A stretch of 64,000 nucleotides of DNA from Antechinus flavipes (GCF_016432865.1 NC_067400.1:78244001-78308000); one strand, 5' to 3'. Numbered from the stretch's first letter, positions 27,067 to 39,780 are shown. Translations and numbers: made by a program. The notes: generated by a model not told the origin, from the letters alone.

Positions 27067-29046
27067 GCCTCAGACGGCCTGCGGGGGGAGGTTGACTCAT
27101 CTATAAAATGGGAGCAACCCCAGCACTTATTTCCAAGGGTAGTGGTGAGGAGCACCTAAGATACAGTGCATACGAAGCTTTGCAAACCTTAAAGCAGTGC
27201 ATAAGTGCAATGAGAAAGTGCCATAAGAAATCAAAACAAGCCATGTGGAGGTCACTGTTTATCACGGAGATTTTCCTTTGATTTCCCCTAGTCCGGCACA
27301 GAGAAGTTACCTCTCCAACCGCATTTTGTAATAGGCGAACAGCTCCGAGTAGACAGCTTTATGTCCCCAGGGCCTAGCATTAAGCACCTTGTAATTAGCA
27401 GATGCTTGTTAAAAAAAATTTTTTTTAATTCGCTTGAGACTTGAATAGTTTTCTGATTAGGAAGAACCCTAGGGACTCAATCCTCTCAATAAACTCATAG
27501 GGACACTAACAAATATGCCTAATGAAACATGGTCAAAATGTTGACCATGAAAAGATGAGTAATATTACCATTCCTTGTAGAAATCATGAGCTAAATTGCA
27601 CTTTGACTATTAATAGGCTTATCTGTCAAGTTTGTTTTATTTTTGTCAGCTCAGAGAAGTTACATTTCCATTCATTAAAAAAACAATCAACTGTTTAATT
27701 TTTTCATCTTCAATCTCTTTATAATCACCATTTTTTATCCACAGGGTCCTACTGCCTTTTTGTGCTCTTGATTCTCTTTGCCAAGTAAACACAGTGTTTC
27801 TGAGTTACTAGATTTATAAAACCCTGGAGTATAATGCTACCAAGTAGGGAATAGAAACTAGAGCTGTTATTTTACTGATAAAGGAAACTCTTTCCAAAGT
27901 TGGTTAACATCTTTTCTACAACTTAAAAGTCTTAGAAAGTTACTTCCAGTAATTTGCTGGAAATCCAGGAAGCTAGTTTGTGCCCTAAATAGAATTTGAA
28001 CTAGGCTTCTTGACTTCTTGGACAATTTCCACCACATAAGAGTGCCTCCTGCCACCAGCAGTCATTTAACCTGCTGCCTTTTCTCCAACTTTTCATACTG
28101 TGAGTAAAACACAGAAACTTTGCCCTTACTTAGAAATAAATGTTTCAGCCACATTTATTTCCTTATTCATGATTAATCTTTTTCTGATATTGCTTCATGA
28201 AAATATCAAACCAGCAATCTATCCTTCCAAGCTAGTATTCTGACAAACGGTGGCATGAAACTCCTAACAACTTTCTTCTACCTCTCTGATTTCAATTATC
28301 ACCTCTTACAGAAACAACTCCAAAATCTCTATGTCCAGAAGCACAATATTTCACAAACTCAACTGTACTTCTGCTTCCTATACATCACCCAGATCTGTCA
28401 TCAGCACTTCATATTAACATACCTAAACTAAAATTATCATCTTTTTCCCACTCCCAAATTCCTTAGTTTTGTTGGCTATCACCCAGGCTCAACATCTTAA
28501 CTAATAAGCATCTCTTCCCTCCATCTTTTTTCGGTTCATAGTGCTTATGCTTTGAGGCCCTTATCTCTCACTTAAGTAATTGTAATAGCTTTGTAACTGC
28601 TCCTATTTTCAGTTGTCATCTCCCAACCATTTTTTACAAAAAGGATTCATTCAGTGTGCTGGGAGCCTTCCTCTCATTCTCTGGATGTTGGGTAGAAACC
28701 CCAAAAAAGCACAGTAACTGTCCATCAATTAACCATTTTTCTTATGTGACAAGTAACCAGCAATGCATTTTAATGACATTATCCCATTTCTCCTGTTTAA
28801 TTCCTTAATTATAATGTTTCAGCTTCCTCTTGCTCATTTCCACTTCTGAAAATGATCCATATTTTCTCTGTATCTTACAATAAAAATCATTTCTTTAAAA
28901 AAAAAAATCAAATGATTCCTTATTTCATAGGGATATAAAAAGTTAACAAAAGACTATACATACTATGAACATTCAACATAAAATCTATTAGTAATATTCA
29001 AAGGTTAAAACCCAACATGCTAAATAAGATTACAAATTTATACTCG

Positions 29047-29234
29047 CAGGGGTCCTCAAACTACCACCCGTGGGCTAAATGCAGCAGCTGAGGACGTCTA
29101 TCTCCCTCACCCAGGGCTATGAAGTTTATTTAAAGGCCCACAAAACAAAGTTTTTGTTTTTACTATAATCTGGCCCTCCAACAGTCTGAGGGACAGTGAA
29201 CTGGCCCCCTATTTAAAAAGTTTGAGGATCCCTG
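29047..29234. mobile_element. hAT MITE, OC1 type, near full-length
   Basis: CAGGGGTCCTCAAACT...AGTTTGAGGATCCCTG with the same internal sequence as the other two copies. No clear TSD. Confidence 0.85.
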
Positions 29235-29279
29235 CTCTTGAGGAAGAATAAAGTTTAGAAGTTATAGCAATTGTGTGCT

Positions 29280-29960
29280 GTGAAGTTACTAGGTAATACC
29301 TGATTTGTTAGGAAGGTGTCAAAGGAAATAGATGAGGTTTTAGGACATCACCAATCCAAGATGAAGGTATAAAGACATGAGGACTTCTGTAATTGAGACA
29401 CCTATTGAAACTCTCTGCCAAAAGCAAAGTTGCTAATAAATTCTTATCTTGCCCTAATGATAATTTCATCCTTCAAAAGGTAAAAGTTGCAGCTAAGGAA
29501 ACTGCTATGCTGCTAAACCAGATTTTCTTTAATAAGGAGGAACTAGTAGCTAAAGTAGAAATGAGAGGAAGGGAAGTAATCACTCCATCTTAGAGTTTGT
29601 AATAAAAGAAAGTCAGCCATCATCTAACATACATATTAAAATTAGTGACTGCAAATTTCAAAGAGCTCAGAGATAGTATAGGCTAAAATTCTGCAGGGAG
29701 AAGTCAGCTAAGGAACAGAAGAAACTCTTAAGGTTAAAATTCTCAAAAGACAATTCTAATGAGGGGGAAAAGAGGAAAATGTCAAGAGAGACTAGTCTTG
29801 GATACTCAATGAACACTTCAACCAACTTAGTATTTCTTAGGCAGACAGAAATATGGATCAATATCAATTCAAAAGTTTTAATAAAACCAATCCTGACAAA
29901 AGATACTGCAAAACAAACAAAAAACCTCATCTTATCCAGACTGTCCAGTTATGATGTCAA
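29280..29960 (+). mobile_element. L3/CR1 LINE fragment (endonuclease region)
   Basis: The ORF track reads ANKFLSCPNDNFILQKV...NKEELVAKVE, resembling the CR1 endonuclease motif NxFLxxLxDNFLxQxV...NxEELV. Confidence 0.75.
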
Positions 29961-30499
29961 AACTCCAAGGTTAAATTTCCCCAATAAATCTGTCCATGAC
30001 CTGCGCCAGTTTTGCTGAATGCCTATTGGAGATTCTTCCTCATGGTGTCTTTCCTCTCCTTCCCCCATGCCTCATAGTATCTTTCTTCTTGTCATAGCTC
30101 TTTTAGTCTGCTAAACTCTACTAAGGATTTTAGCCTGCCAGTGAATGGCTTACTCCCACCTCATGGCATATTTCCTTTTCCTCTAGTTAAGTGTGAGTGG
30201 CTACTAGGGAATTTGTCTTTTCCCTTGTTAATTGTTAAAACAACTTTCCTTGCTAACTATATGGTCTTTTACTACTACTTCATATTTACCACTTCTAGTA
30301 AATTTACCCACTTCTGGTGTCTATTTTACCTCTTCATTTGTCAGTAACATCTAGTAAAGGTATCTTTTGGCATAAAAAATTGTGAAGTTAGGAGTAGGAA
30401 TTGCTACCAAACCCCATCATTTGGTGCTAAATCTCATTTCAATCTCATTAGTTTGACATTAGGAAAACAATTATGTTAAAAACTAAAACATCCCAAACT

Positions 30500-32290
30500 A
30501 TATGATAATATTAATAGATGAATGACTAAATACTAAATAATACTAAAGAAGAAAAAAATCCTATAAAGCATAGGTAGATAATGAAACTTTTTTTTTAACA
30601 TGTTAAAAAGTATCTATCCATGGAGGCATATTTAAAAGCCTCTTTTTGTAATAAAATAAAAAATATTAATACTCCACAAACTCTAAAATCTTTTCTATAC
30701 TCCTAAGCAAAGACTCTTGAAAAGGCAGATGATGGGTTAATAGTAAAGAGACCTTCCATAGGGAAATGGATTGAGAACTAACTTTTATTTGGCTTACATT
30801 ATCGTCCTCTTCACTCCAGAAGTGATTAGACTAGGATCCAGGCATCTCAATTTAAAAAAAAAAAAAGATTAAGATATTGATTGAAAAGATGAAGTTTAAA
30901 AAAAAAAAAGACAAAAAACTCGACCATCAATTTCTTGAGGGGGGAATGATTAAAGAAGTAATAGAATTCAACTTGTTTGGAATATCAACGCCAAACTGTG
31001 TTTTTTTAATTTGTTATCTTGTGCAAGATTCCTGTTATCTCAGATCATTTTGGGGAAAACAGTAATAATCTGAGGGCAGAAAGAAATTTCTATTTGACAA
31101 GAATTACTGGGGAAAAAAATTGAAAAGAAGTCTGGCAGAAATCTGTTGTAGACCAACAGCTTAAACCATATCTCATAATAATTTGAAAATGGGAATTACC
31201 TGAATATTAAAGATCATGCCACAAAAATTTGAAAATGAGACCATATATATGTCATAGCTATGGGTGGCTGGTGAATTCTTAAAGCACAGAAGTAGTTTTC
31301 AAAAATAAAATAGATAATTTCAATTTCATTAAATTAAAAAGTTTTTACATGAGCCTAATTAAGGAGAAGAAGGGAGTGGTCAACTGGATTTGCTATCTAA
31401 CAGACAACTAACAAAAATATATGATATGAATAAATCTCAAAAGAATTTTAAATTATTAATAATCATAAGAAAGAATTCTCTGGCTCACTAACAATAAAAA
31501 AAATGCACATCAGCATGATAACAAGGTTTTACCTCACACACCCAGAAAATTGGCAAAAATGCCAAAAATTTGAATAGACAGTATTGGAAAGCTTATAAAA
31601 ATGTGGGAATGTAATATGTTGTTGTTGGAGCTGTGAATTAGTATATCCAATCTAGAAAGCTATCTGGAGTTTTTGAAGAAAGTAACAATATTCTGTATTT
31701 TATTTATACTCTCTGGAGCCATATTCTTTGGCCACTGCTATGCATGGACCTAAGAATATAAATGACAAATGTCAAAGTTCTTTCTATATAAAAATATAGT
31801 ATCTCTTTTTGTAGCAGCATAAAATTAAAAACAATTAGATGCTCATTAATTGGAAAATGGCTAACAAGATATAGTATGTAAATGTAATGAAATATTCATG
31901 CATTATAATAAATTTCGCAAAGAACTATAGCAAGACTTCTATGAACTAACAAAAATAACAAAGCCAAGAAAACAATATACACAAAATACAATAATGTAAA
32001 TAATAACAAAACCACCAAAACCAATGTTTGCAAGATTCTAATGATCAATTTAGTTTCAAAGAATAAATATGAGAAGACGGTACTCCCCTACCTTTTTTGC
32101 ATAGACTAGAAACCATAAATGTCAACTGCTATATATAAAGTCATATTTTTTAGATAAGAATTTGGTTACTGAACATTTTTTCTTCCTTTTTTTTTCCCTT
32201 TATTTTACAAAAAGACTCTCTGGGAGAAGTTTGGGGTAGAAACGATGGAAGTCATAGAGGATGTTAAAAAAAAAGACACTAATTAAATTT
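30500..32290 (+). mobile_element. Old L1 ORF2/3'UTR remnant
   Basis: Degenerate ORF2 landmarks (atttgacaagaattactgggg, gtagaccaacagct, ttttacctcacac) and a 3'UTR. Confidence 0.65.
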
Positions 32291-32759
32291 TATTTTTTAA
32301 AAGATGTGAAGATGGAATGGCAGAAAGTTATCAATAATCATATGTTCCCTTTCATGCATTCCATTCCATGCATAAACTCCAACCAAAGCAGCCTATTATC
32401 TATTCCTTGAATTTTAACACACTATATCATGTGTTTTGGGGTAGTTTGTCTCCCATTGACTGGAAAGCATTCTCTTTTTTACCTTACCCTCTAAAAATGT
32501 AGTTATTTTGTATTTCTTTATCTGTGTATAGGCTGTTTTCCCATATTGACCTAAGCTCCTTGAAGGCAAGTAATGTTGATATATCTGTATCTAGCCTCTA
32601 AGTAGTGTCTTTCACAGAGTATGTACTTTCTAAATATTAATTTTATTGACTAGACTATTGAAGTCTAAAATTAGTAATATGATAACATACCCCTTATGTT
32701 CTTGATGAGTTTCTTTACTAAAGTTCTGAAAAACTCATGCCAAAATACTGGGGAAAAAA

Positions 32760-34570
32760 ATAGTGGATGGGATTGATTAAGTAATTACTTTTAAGTGACA
32801 TTTGAAGCATGGTGAAGAATGGAAAAGGTTTTAAGAAGCACTAGTATTCTGCTGATTTTCAAACAAGTAAAGATTGAAGTCAACAAAAATAGTTATCAGT
32901 GAACTTTGATCTTGGCAAAATTCTTGATCAGGATTTATTATTTTACATTTAGTAAAAGATGTAGTGATCACAAAGAGCCAGCCAGCATAGTTTAATCAAG
33001 AACAAGTCATGATCAACAAAACTTAGAGAGAAAGGGGGGGAGGGGAAAAAAGGAGGGAGGGAAAGAGAGAGGGAGGGAAAGGAAAAAGAAGGGAGAAAAG
33101 GAGGGAAGAAAAAAGGGAGGGAGGGAGGGAGAAAAAATCATGTACTTTTTTGTAGCACCTTTTTTTGTGTTAGCAAATACATTGGAAACAAAATGAGTGC
33201 CCATCAATAGGAGAATGACTGGAAAAATGTGATATGTAAGTGTGATGGCATGTATTCAAGAAATGATAAATTGGAAAATTCAGAGAAATATGAGAAAATG
33301 TGTATAAAGTAAAATAAACAAAACCAGGAAAGCAATATACAATAAGGGCTACAATCACATAAATAAAAAGAACTACAAGTTTTACATTAGTTGTAATGAC
33401 CATTTTAGTTTGAAAGGCAGATAAAGAAACTTGTCTCTTTTCTTTCACTGGAGAAGTGAAAGATATACATATATATGTGTGTGTGTATGTGTGTGTATAT
33501 ATATAACATATATGCATAAGAAACAGACAGCCTTTTGATTTTTTGCTTAATTCTTTCTGTTTGTTTGTTTGTTTCATTGGGATATTTCATGCTAGGGAGA
33601 TGAATATGAGAAAGGCCAGCAAAGTATTTCTAGAAATTACTTTCATGAAAATGCAGTAGCATCAATAAAATGTATTATAAAAAAGAAAAAAAACAAGTCA
33701 TTTCAAAATAACAATTTTTAAGGGGTGTGAAAAGGGAGTGTTTAGGGAATTATAAGGGAATGGTTTTGACTTACTATAGCCTTATTTCAGCAAAGCATTT
33801 GACTTAAGTGTCTCATGCTATTCTTTTAGAAAAGATGAATAGATGTAGCATAGACAATAGTGCAGGGAGGTAGATTCAGAATTAGTCAAATGAGTAGTCC
33901 CAAAAAGTAATGATTAATGGCTGATTGTCAACTTGGAAGCAAGTTTCTATTGGAATATTCCTTTGTTCTATCTTGTTTTGATATTTTTGTCTATGATTTA
34001 GATGAAACCATAGTTCCATGTTGCAGATAATGCAAAGCTAAGAAAGATAACTAATATGTTGGAGAGCTGTCAGTATCCAAAAATAAGCTAGAACATTGAG
34101 ATGAACCTAAAAAGATGAAATTTAATTGGAATAAAAATATCATATTTGGAGTCCCATCTCCTGAAAGAAAAAATCAACTTCACAAAATACAAAGAGAAGT
34201 TTTTCCTAAAAGCAGATTGCTTGAAAAAGATATGTATGTTATAATGGACTACAAATTCAATATGAATCAACAGTATTCAGCAATTAAAAACCTAATATGA
34301 TCTCAGACATACACTATTCAGTATAATAATAGTTCTGCTTTCCTTTTCTTTGTTTTGAATTTGATTTAAAATATTGAGTTTAATTGGAATGCCACATTTG
34401 AATCCAGACATTAATAAGCTAATGAGTGACCCAAGAAGAATGACCAGGATAAAGAAAATTCTCAAGATCATGCTTTTTAATAATATTTTGAATTGGGAAT
34501 ATTTAATTTAAAGAAGAGAAAATTTACAAATAGCCTAATAGTTGGCTTCCAAGTATTTGAAGAGTCCCAA
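32760..34570 (+). mobile_element. L3/CR1 reverse-transcriptase region, interrupted by an old L1 3' end (~33020-33700)
   Basis: Degenerate CR1 RT landmarks (ctgattttcaaa ~ PIFK, cagcatagtttaatcaagaacaagtcatg ~ QHGFxKxxSC, ttcagcaaagcatttgac ~ FSKAFD, gcagataatgcaaagcta ~ ADDTKL). Confidence 0.75.
33025..33135 (+). repeat. Homopurine (G/A) tract
   Basis: About 110 nt of uninterrupted purines with GGGA repeats; triplex/G4-prone. Confidence 0.85.
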
Positions 34571-35689
34571 AGAAAAGGGCTTAAACTTTGTCATAAAGTT
34601 AATAAGACAATGTAAATTCAGGGAAAACAGGATATTTAATAGTTTCTTTTTTCCACCCTGCTACTGAACATAATTCCTTAAATATTGTAAGCAATGCTTA
34701 AAAATTTTTAAAAGATTAACCCAAAGAATCTTAAATTCATCATCCTCAGTCTGGAGAGCTAAAAGAATTCCTAGTATTCTCCACTTTACTTTAAAGCCAC
34801 AGTAAGGATACTCTTGAGCCTTGGGTCAAGCCCTAACTCCATTAGGAGAATCAACAACTTAGTCTACAAAATAGAAATTTATGTTTTGCCCCTACCCTTA
34901 ATTCACCTTCCCAAAAAAAGAATCAGGTTCTCCATCTACCTAGCCTGTTTCTGAGTACCATTCTTCCAGTCACTGAGACTTGAATTCAGTCATCACTGAG
35001 TCACCTTTTTTTCATTTCCCATATTTCATTCCCCCCTCAGCCACCAATTCCTTTCATTTTTTCCATGTCTTGCAGATCAAACCTTTCCTCTCTACTTCTG
35101 ATTGTGCCTTCAAGTTTATCCTTACTTCCTCTCCTGAGTTTAATCCTATTTTTATCATCTAACCAAAAGTTGTGCTCCACACGCCATTAGTGTCTCCCTG
35201 TTTTCTGTGGTATAAAGCACTGTACAGTGCTTGCTTTTGGCTAAAAACACCTGGCCCACTTTTGCTTCTTTTACTTCTCAGCCAAAGCACTCTACTTTAC
35301 TCAAACCAAACTCTGCATCCCACAAATGTGCAGTATTTGTTTTCATCTCTGTGCCTGTGTAGGGAATTTTACATTGGAAGGGAAATTAAAGGCCGTCTAA
35401 TCCAATTCCTTCACTTTACAGATGAGGAAACTGAGACTCCTAGAACAGAAGCAACTTGCCAAAATCACTCAGGTAATAAATACGTGGCTGAGCTAAAAAT
35501 CCAACCTAGGGCTTCTGCTGGTTTAGAGGTCTTTCCATTCCACTGCCTAGCCTTTCACATGAGCGTTTCCTAATCAACTGCCTGGACTGAAGCACCCCAT
35601 TATCTCTCTCATCTGACTTCTCTTCATTTAAACTTAAACTCAATAAGTCCTTTTATCTTTCCCCAAACTTTTCCCTCCTCCCAATTGTT

Positions 35690-37070
35690 GTTATTGTCAA
35701 GAGTACCAACATCTTCCCAGTCACCTAACTCCTCACATGCCGTCACTGTACACATGCAATCTGTTTCCAAATCTCATTTCTGCCTTCACAGGATTTTTCA
35801 CCTATGTTCTCCTCATATAGTCTATGGCCTTTATATCCACCCCCCCCCCCCGGACTATTTGAGTAGTCTCCTAATTGGTTTTCCTGCTTCAAAATCTCCA
35901 CATTCCAAACTGTGCTCCAACTGTTGATGGAATTTTCCTAAAGCAAAGATTTTACCACATCACTTCTTCATTAAATTCTGTTGACTCTCTATGATTCCCA
36001 GCATCAAATATAAAATCCTCTCTTTCCATTTAAAGTTCTTCACCATTTGGAATCTTCCTACCTTTTCAGACTTCTTTCCTTTTACTACCCTCTACATACT
36101 CTACAATTCAACTACATGGGCTTACTTTCTGTTCTTTGTACCTCACAAGCCCTCTGCCTTCTCTGGGCCTTAGCACTAGTTGTTCCTCACACCTGGAATT
36201 TCCTCCTTCCTTACCTTCAACTTTCAGCCTCCAGGAATTCCTTCAGTTCAAATCTCATCTCACCACCTTAAAAAAGCCTTTTCACCTACTCCCAAGGGTC
36301 TTCCTTCTGAGATTAACTACAATCCACTCTGAAAATCCCTTTCATGTATATGTTTTCTTACTCATTATAATGAGAGCTTCTTGAAGACATGAACCACATT
36401 TTTACCCTTTTTTTTTGTATACTCAATGCCAGGCAAAATTATGGGCACATAGTAAATGCTTAAAAACGACTTGCTGAGGGGCAACTAGGTGGTGTAGAGG
36501 ATAGAGCACCATCCCTGAAGTCAGGAGGACCTGAGTTCAAATCTGACCTCAGACACTTAACACATAATAGCTGTGTGACCCGGAGCAAGTCACTTAGTTC
36601 CAATTGCTTCAGGGGAGGCGGGGAGGCGGGAAGACGGGAAGACGGGAAGACTTGCTGAACGACATTCAAGTAACAACCACTCTAGCTTAATCTTAATTAA
36701 TCTCCCTACTTCCAACCTCTTTTCTCTGAAATTCATATCCCATAATGCTGACAAATTGATATACTTTTTTAAAAAAATCTCATCATGTCAAAAATCTTGA
36801 CTGCCTTTCTATTTTCTATAGGATAAAATACAAATCCTTAGCTTGGCACTTGAAACTCTCAAAATAGTTCCTACTAATCATTCCAAACTCTTTACGTTGT
36901 TTTCTTCACACAGTCTTCATTTCAGTGAACTGTGTTCCCCTTATAAGATATTCTGTGCCCAGCCCGAGTACCTACCTTTACACAAGTTATATCACTCAGT
37001 GTCTAGAATACACTCTTACTTCTTAGAATTCCTAACTATCTTCAATGGACAGCTCAGAAACCACCACTTC
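35690..37070 (+). mobile_element. L2 3' fragments; further L2 pieces at ~7660-8040, 8700-9570, 10240-10520, 16390-16680, 17370-17780, 28180-28620, 46440-47660, 57550-57830
   Basis: L2 3' landmarks (ctcctaattggt, caaatataaaatcctc, ggcacatagtaaatgcttaa). Confidence 0.65.
36478..36648 (+). mobile_element. CORE-SINE with TSD and an unusual G-rich tail
   Basis: TSD GACTTGCTGA (36468-36477, 36649-36658); tail (GGGGAGGC)2(GGGAAGAC)n. Confidence 0.88.
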
Positions 37071-37149
37071 TGATCTAATCCACTTCATCCCCAAGCTGTT
37101 CATTCTCACTCCCCTTGAAGTTATTTGATTTCTTTCAAGTTGACCTATC

Positions 37150-38200
37150 TGTGTACATATTTGTATGTGAACTTTATCAATATTGATATTCTAGCTGTAA
37201 ACCACAAGAAAGAAGTTAAATGGAAGAATGGATCTATAGATAAAGGAATTGACACAGTGAGTTTTATCATGTGTCTACAGACAACAAGAAATACTCTTTA
37301 ATGGAACATTTGATCACCATGTGCTGCAGGACTAATGATATATATATTTGTGTATGTACCAAGGATAGCTGCTGAGGATGAAAAAAGAGAGGAATTCTAA
37401 AAAGAATTGATAAAACTCTCTAGCTCAAATCAACATAAACTGTGATGCTTATTTACTCCAATTAATAGTTTAAAAAATAGATAAAGGAAAAGGAAAAAGG
37501 TAAGGGTATGGAGAAATACATGACAAAGTTTAGTCCAGGAAGAACGTATAAGACCAAAGAATTATAGATTGCAGAGAAGCCTCACATCTTTATATCAAGA
37601 CTTCTTTCTTTACAAAAAAAAAAAAAAAAAGTTAGTGGGATGTGGCAAGTACCAGACAATACCATAAAAATTAATCAGTCAACTTGTTAGAATGCCACAT
37701 TTAGTTTTTTAAACCAAGAAAAAAGAATAATAATGAGACAAATATGGCATATAATTGAAATAACCTAATCTTGAACTTCTCAAATTTAAAATTGGAAAAA
37801 TGGGAAATGAATTATAAACTCCTCTTCATACAACAATCATCAAGATTCCTTGGAAAATTACAACAGAAATAATATATTTAATAACTCTCTAATTATAAAT
37901 ATATGGGTTAAGAAAAAAATAGGGAGATGCATGCTCACCAAAAGGTTTTGCCACTATAATGGAGTAGATCCAGTGCAGATTCCAGATCAAATAGCAATTC
38001 CCTATGGACGATGGAGTCTTCTAGATGCTCCTGTTTACTGATGACATTATGCTGAATGCATCAAATCCTGGAACATGCCAGAGTCTCCTGAAAAAAATTT
38101 TTAATCAATCCAAAATTTGTCCTGCCCATCCACCTAGGATAGACCCAGGTAAATGAAGAATGTTGCTCAGATTTTGGCATGCATTTGGGATAAACAACCA
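37150..38200 (+). mobile_element. RTE-clade LINE remnant
   Basis: At ~38030-38120 it translates FTDDIMLNASNPGTCQSLLKKIFNQSK (RT xADD motif), preceded by a GDxxSPKxF-like segment. The 5' part resembles RTE endonuclease (IDILA). Confidence 0.7.
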
Positions 38201-38339
38201 AGGAGGAACTCAAAAGAACAGGAGTAAAAGATGTCATCAAGGAATTGTATGATGGGAAATCTGTCTAGCCTGATGATACTTACTTGTTTTAAGGGAGAGT
38301 TTTGGGGGTAAAAGAAGTGCGTGATTAATGATGATGATG

Positions 38340-38373
<34 letters not shown>

Positions 38374-39039
38374 GAATTATCTAATAGGAAAAGAAGAGGG
38401 TCACATGACCAAAAATGAGCTACGAAATGTGAATTGCCAGAGTGCTCCACTGGTACTCTTTCAGCATAAGTCATGGAAAGCCTCCAGCATGTTGAGTGGA
38501 CCTTCTACGTTTAATTTCTAGAAGAACATGGACAAGAGTAGCACAGGATTAGCAAGCACAAGTAGGTTGAGATTTGCCATGTTGGAAAGAACCATCAAGT
38601 AGATGAAATAATGGATCTGTTTGAATATAGTTGTACTCATTGTACGCCAGCAAGGGAATGTAAATTCCTTAAGGTCAGGGACCATTTTGTCTTTTACAAA
38701 TTCTCAGAACCCAACACAATTCCTTAGACATTGGAAGCAATTAATAAATAAGTGTTGGACTGAATTAAGTTGAAGCACTGAGTTAGCAATGACTCAAAAT
38801 TAATACAGTAGCATTGTGCAACATAAAGACAATTTAAGTATGCATACGGGTAAGGCATACTTACCAAACAAAAAAAATACACACATTTTCTAAGTTCTAC
38901 CATTTAAATTCTATTACCTTTTGATATCTAGAGTTTAAACTTAAATTGAAAACCACCTTCCTATTGAGCTCCCTAATAAAAGAAACAACTTAATGCTAGG
39001 CCCAAGGAACATGAAAGCAAAAAAGGAAACAATAGCTGT

Positions 39040-39780
39040 CTTCGAACGCTTTTCCCCTATACGCACCCTTCCACCCTTCTAGTTCCCCAGTCCGGATCGC
39101 CCCCACACACACACCTCCAACCGCCAGGTGCCTGCCCCGCCCCCTCCTGCTCCCTCACCCCCCACGCTCACCAAGCTGCCCCTCCAGCAGCTTGCACTCC
39201 AAAACGTCAATTTCCAATCCCAGTCTCCTCGTCTGTCCACCTTCCCCACTCCCTCCTTTACAATCAATCTTTCCTTCACCTTGATCATGACCTCTGTTGT
39301 CTTCACTCCTTCCCGTTCACCTAATGCATCTCCCCTATTATGGCTCCACTTGCCTCTGTAACCCCTCTTAGCTTGCCATTTTAGTGAGCATTGCCATGGA
39401 AACAGGAGACGCCCGGGAGTATCTATGGCAACAGAGCAGGCTTTTACCCACTTTTCATAGGACCTGGTATGCCGACCTTGGAGGAGAGGACTCTGGGAAG
39501 AAGAAGGATGGGAAGAGTCCATCTTGGCCAGCGGGGGAGGGGGAAGGGGCACGCCAGCGTCCAGGAGAGAGGGATTCAGAGGAGCCCGGGGACGCGGGGT
39601 AGCCATTGACGCCCTCTCCAATCACAGCCCCCACTGCCACTGAGGTGCTGCCTGAAAGGATAAGAGAGTGAGGAGAAAAGGGACACACACACACACACAA
39701 CACTGTGTCACTGAGGATGCTGCTTGAAAGGATAGGAGAGTGATGACATGAGGAAAAGCTCCAAGAACTCGCACACACAA
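39040..39780. promoter_or_regulatory. Second CpG-enriched, promoter-like element ~12 kb upstream of the ZDBF2 promoter
   Basis: About 20 CpGs in 39040-39620 (counted by eye), a GC box at ~39134-39143, two X-boxes, CCAAT at 39618-39622, half-CREs at ~39204 and ~39607, and a minus-strand donor TTG|GTGAGC after 39172. Confidence 0.6.
39390..39432. promoter_or_regulatory. Tandem RFX X-box pair
   Basis: ATTGCCATGGAAAC (39390-39403) and GTATCTATGGCAAC (39419-39432), compared with the RFX palindrome GTTGCCATGGCAAC. Confidence 0.55.

Larger units (their letters stand above)
25520..27090. promoter_or_regulatory. ZDBF2: CpG island, ZDBF2 promoter and first-exon region
   Basis: About 1.6 kb of very GC- and CpG-rich sequence in an otherwise CpG-depleted window, upstream of the minus-strand exons. 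Minus-strand donors occur after 26864 (TGG|GTGAGT), 26556 (TGG|GTGAGC) and 26319 (GAG|GTGAGT). Confidence 0.88.

Noticed and set aside
25520-27090. ZFP57-type TGCCGC motifs as a sign of a germline DMR
   Set aside because: I saw none in the island by eye, and ZFP57 is considered eutherian-specific, so the motif is uninformative here.
39079-39621. 180-aa minus-strand ORF reaching a phase-0 donor after 39172
   Set aside because: The listed start is TTG, the first ATG (39606) has a weak context, and I recognise no homology. Phase-0 splicing to the 3262-3312 exon hits TAG after six codons, so it cannot extend ZDBF2.
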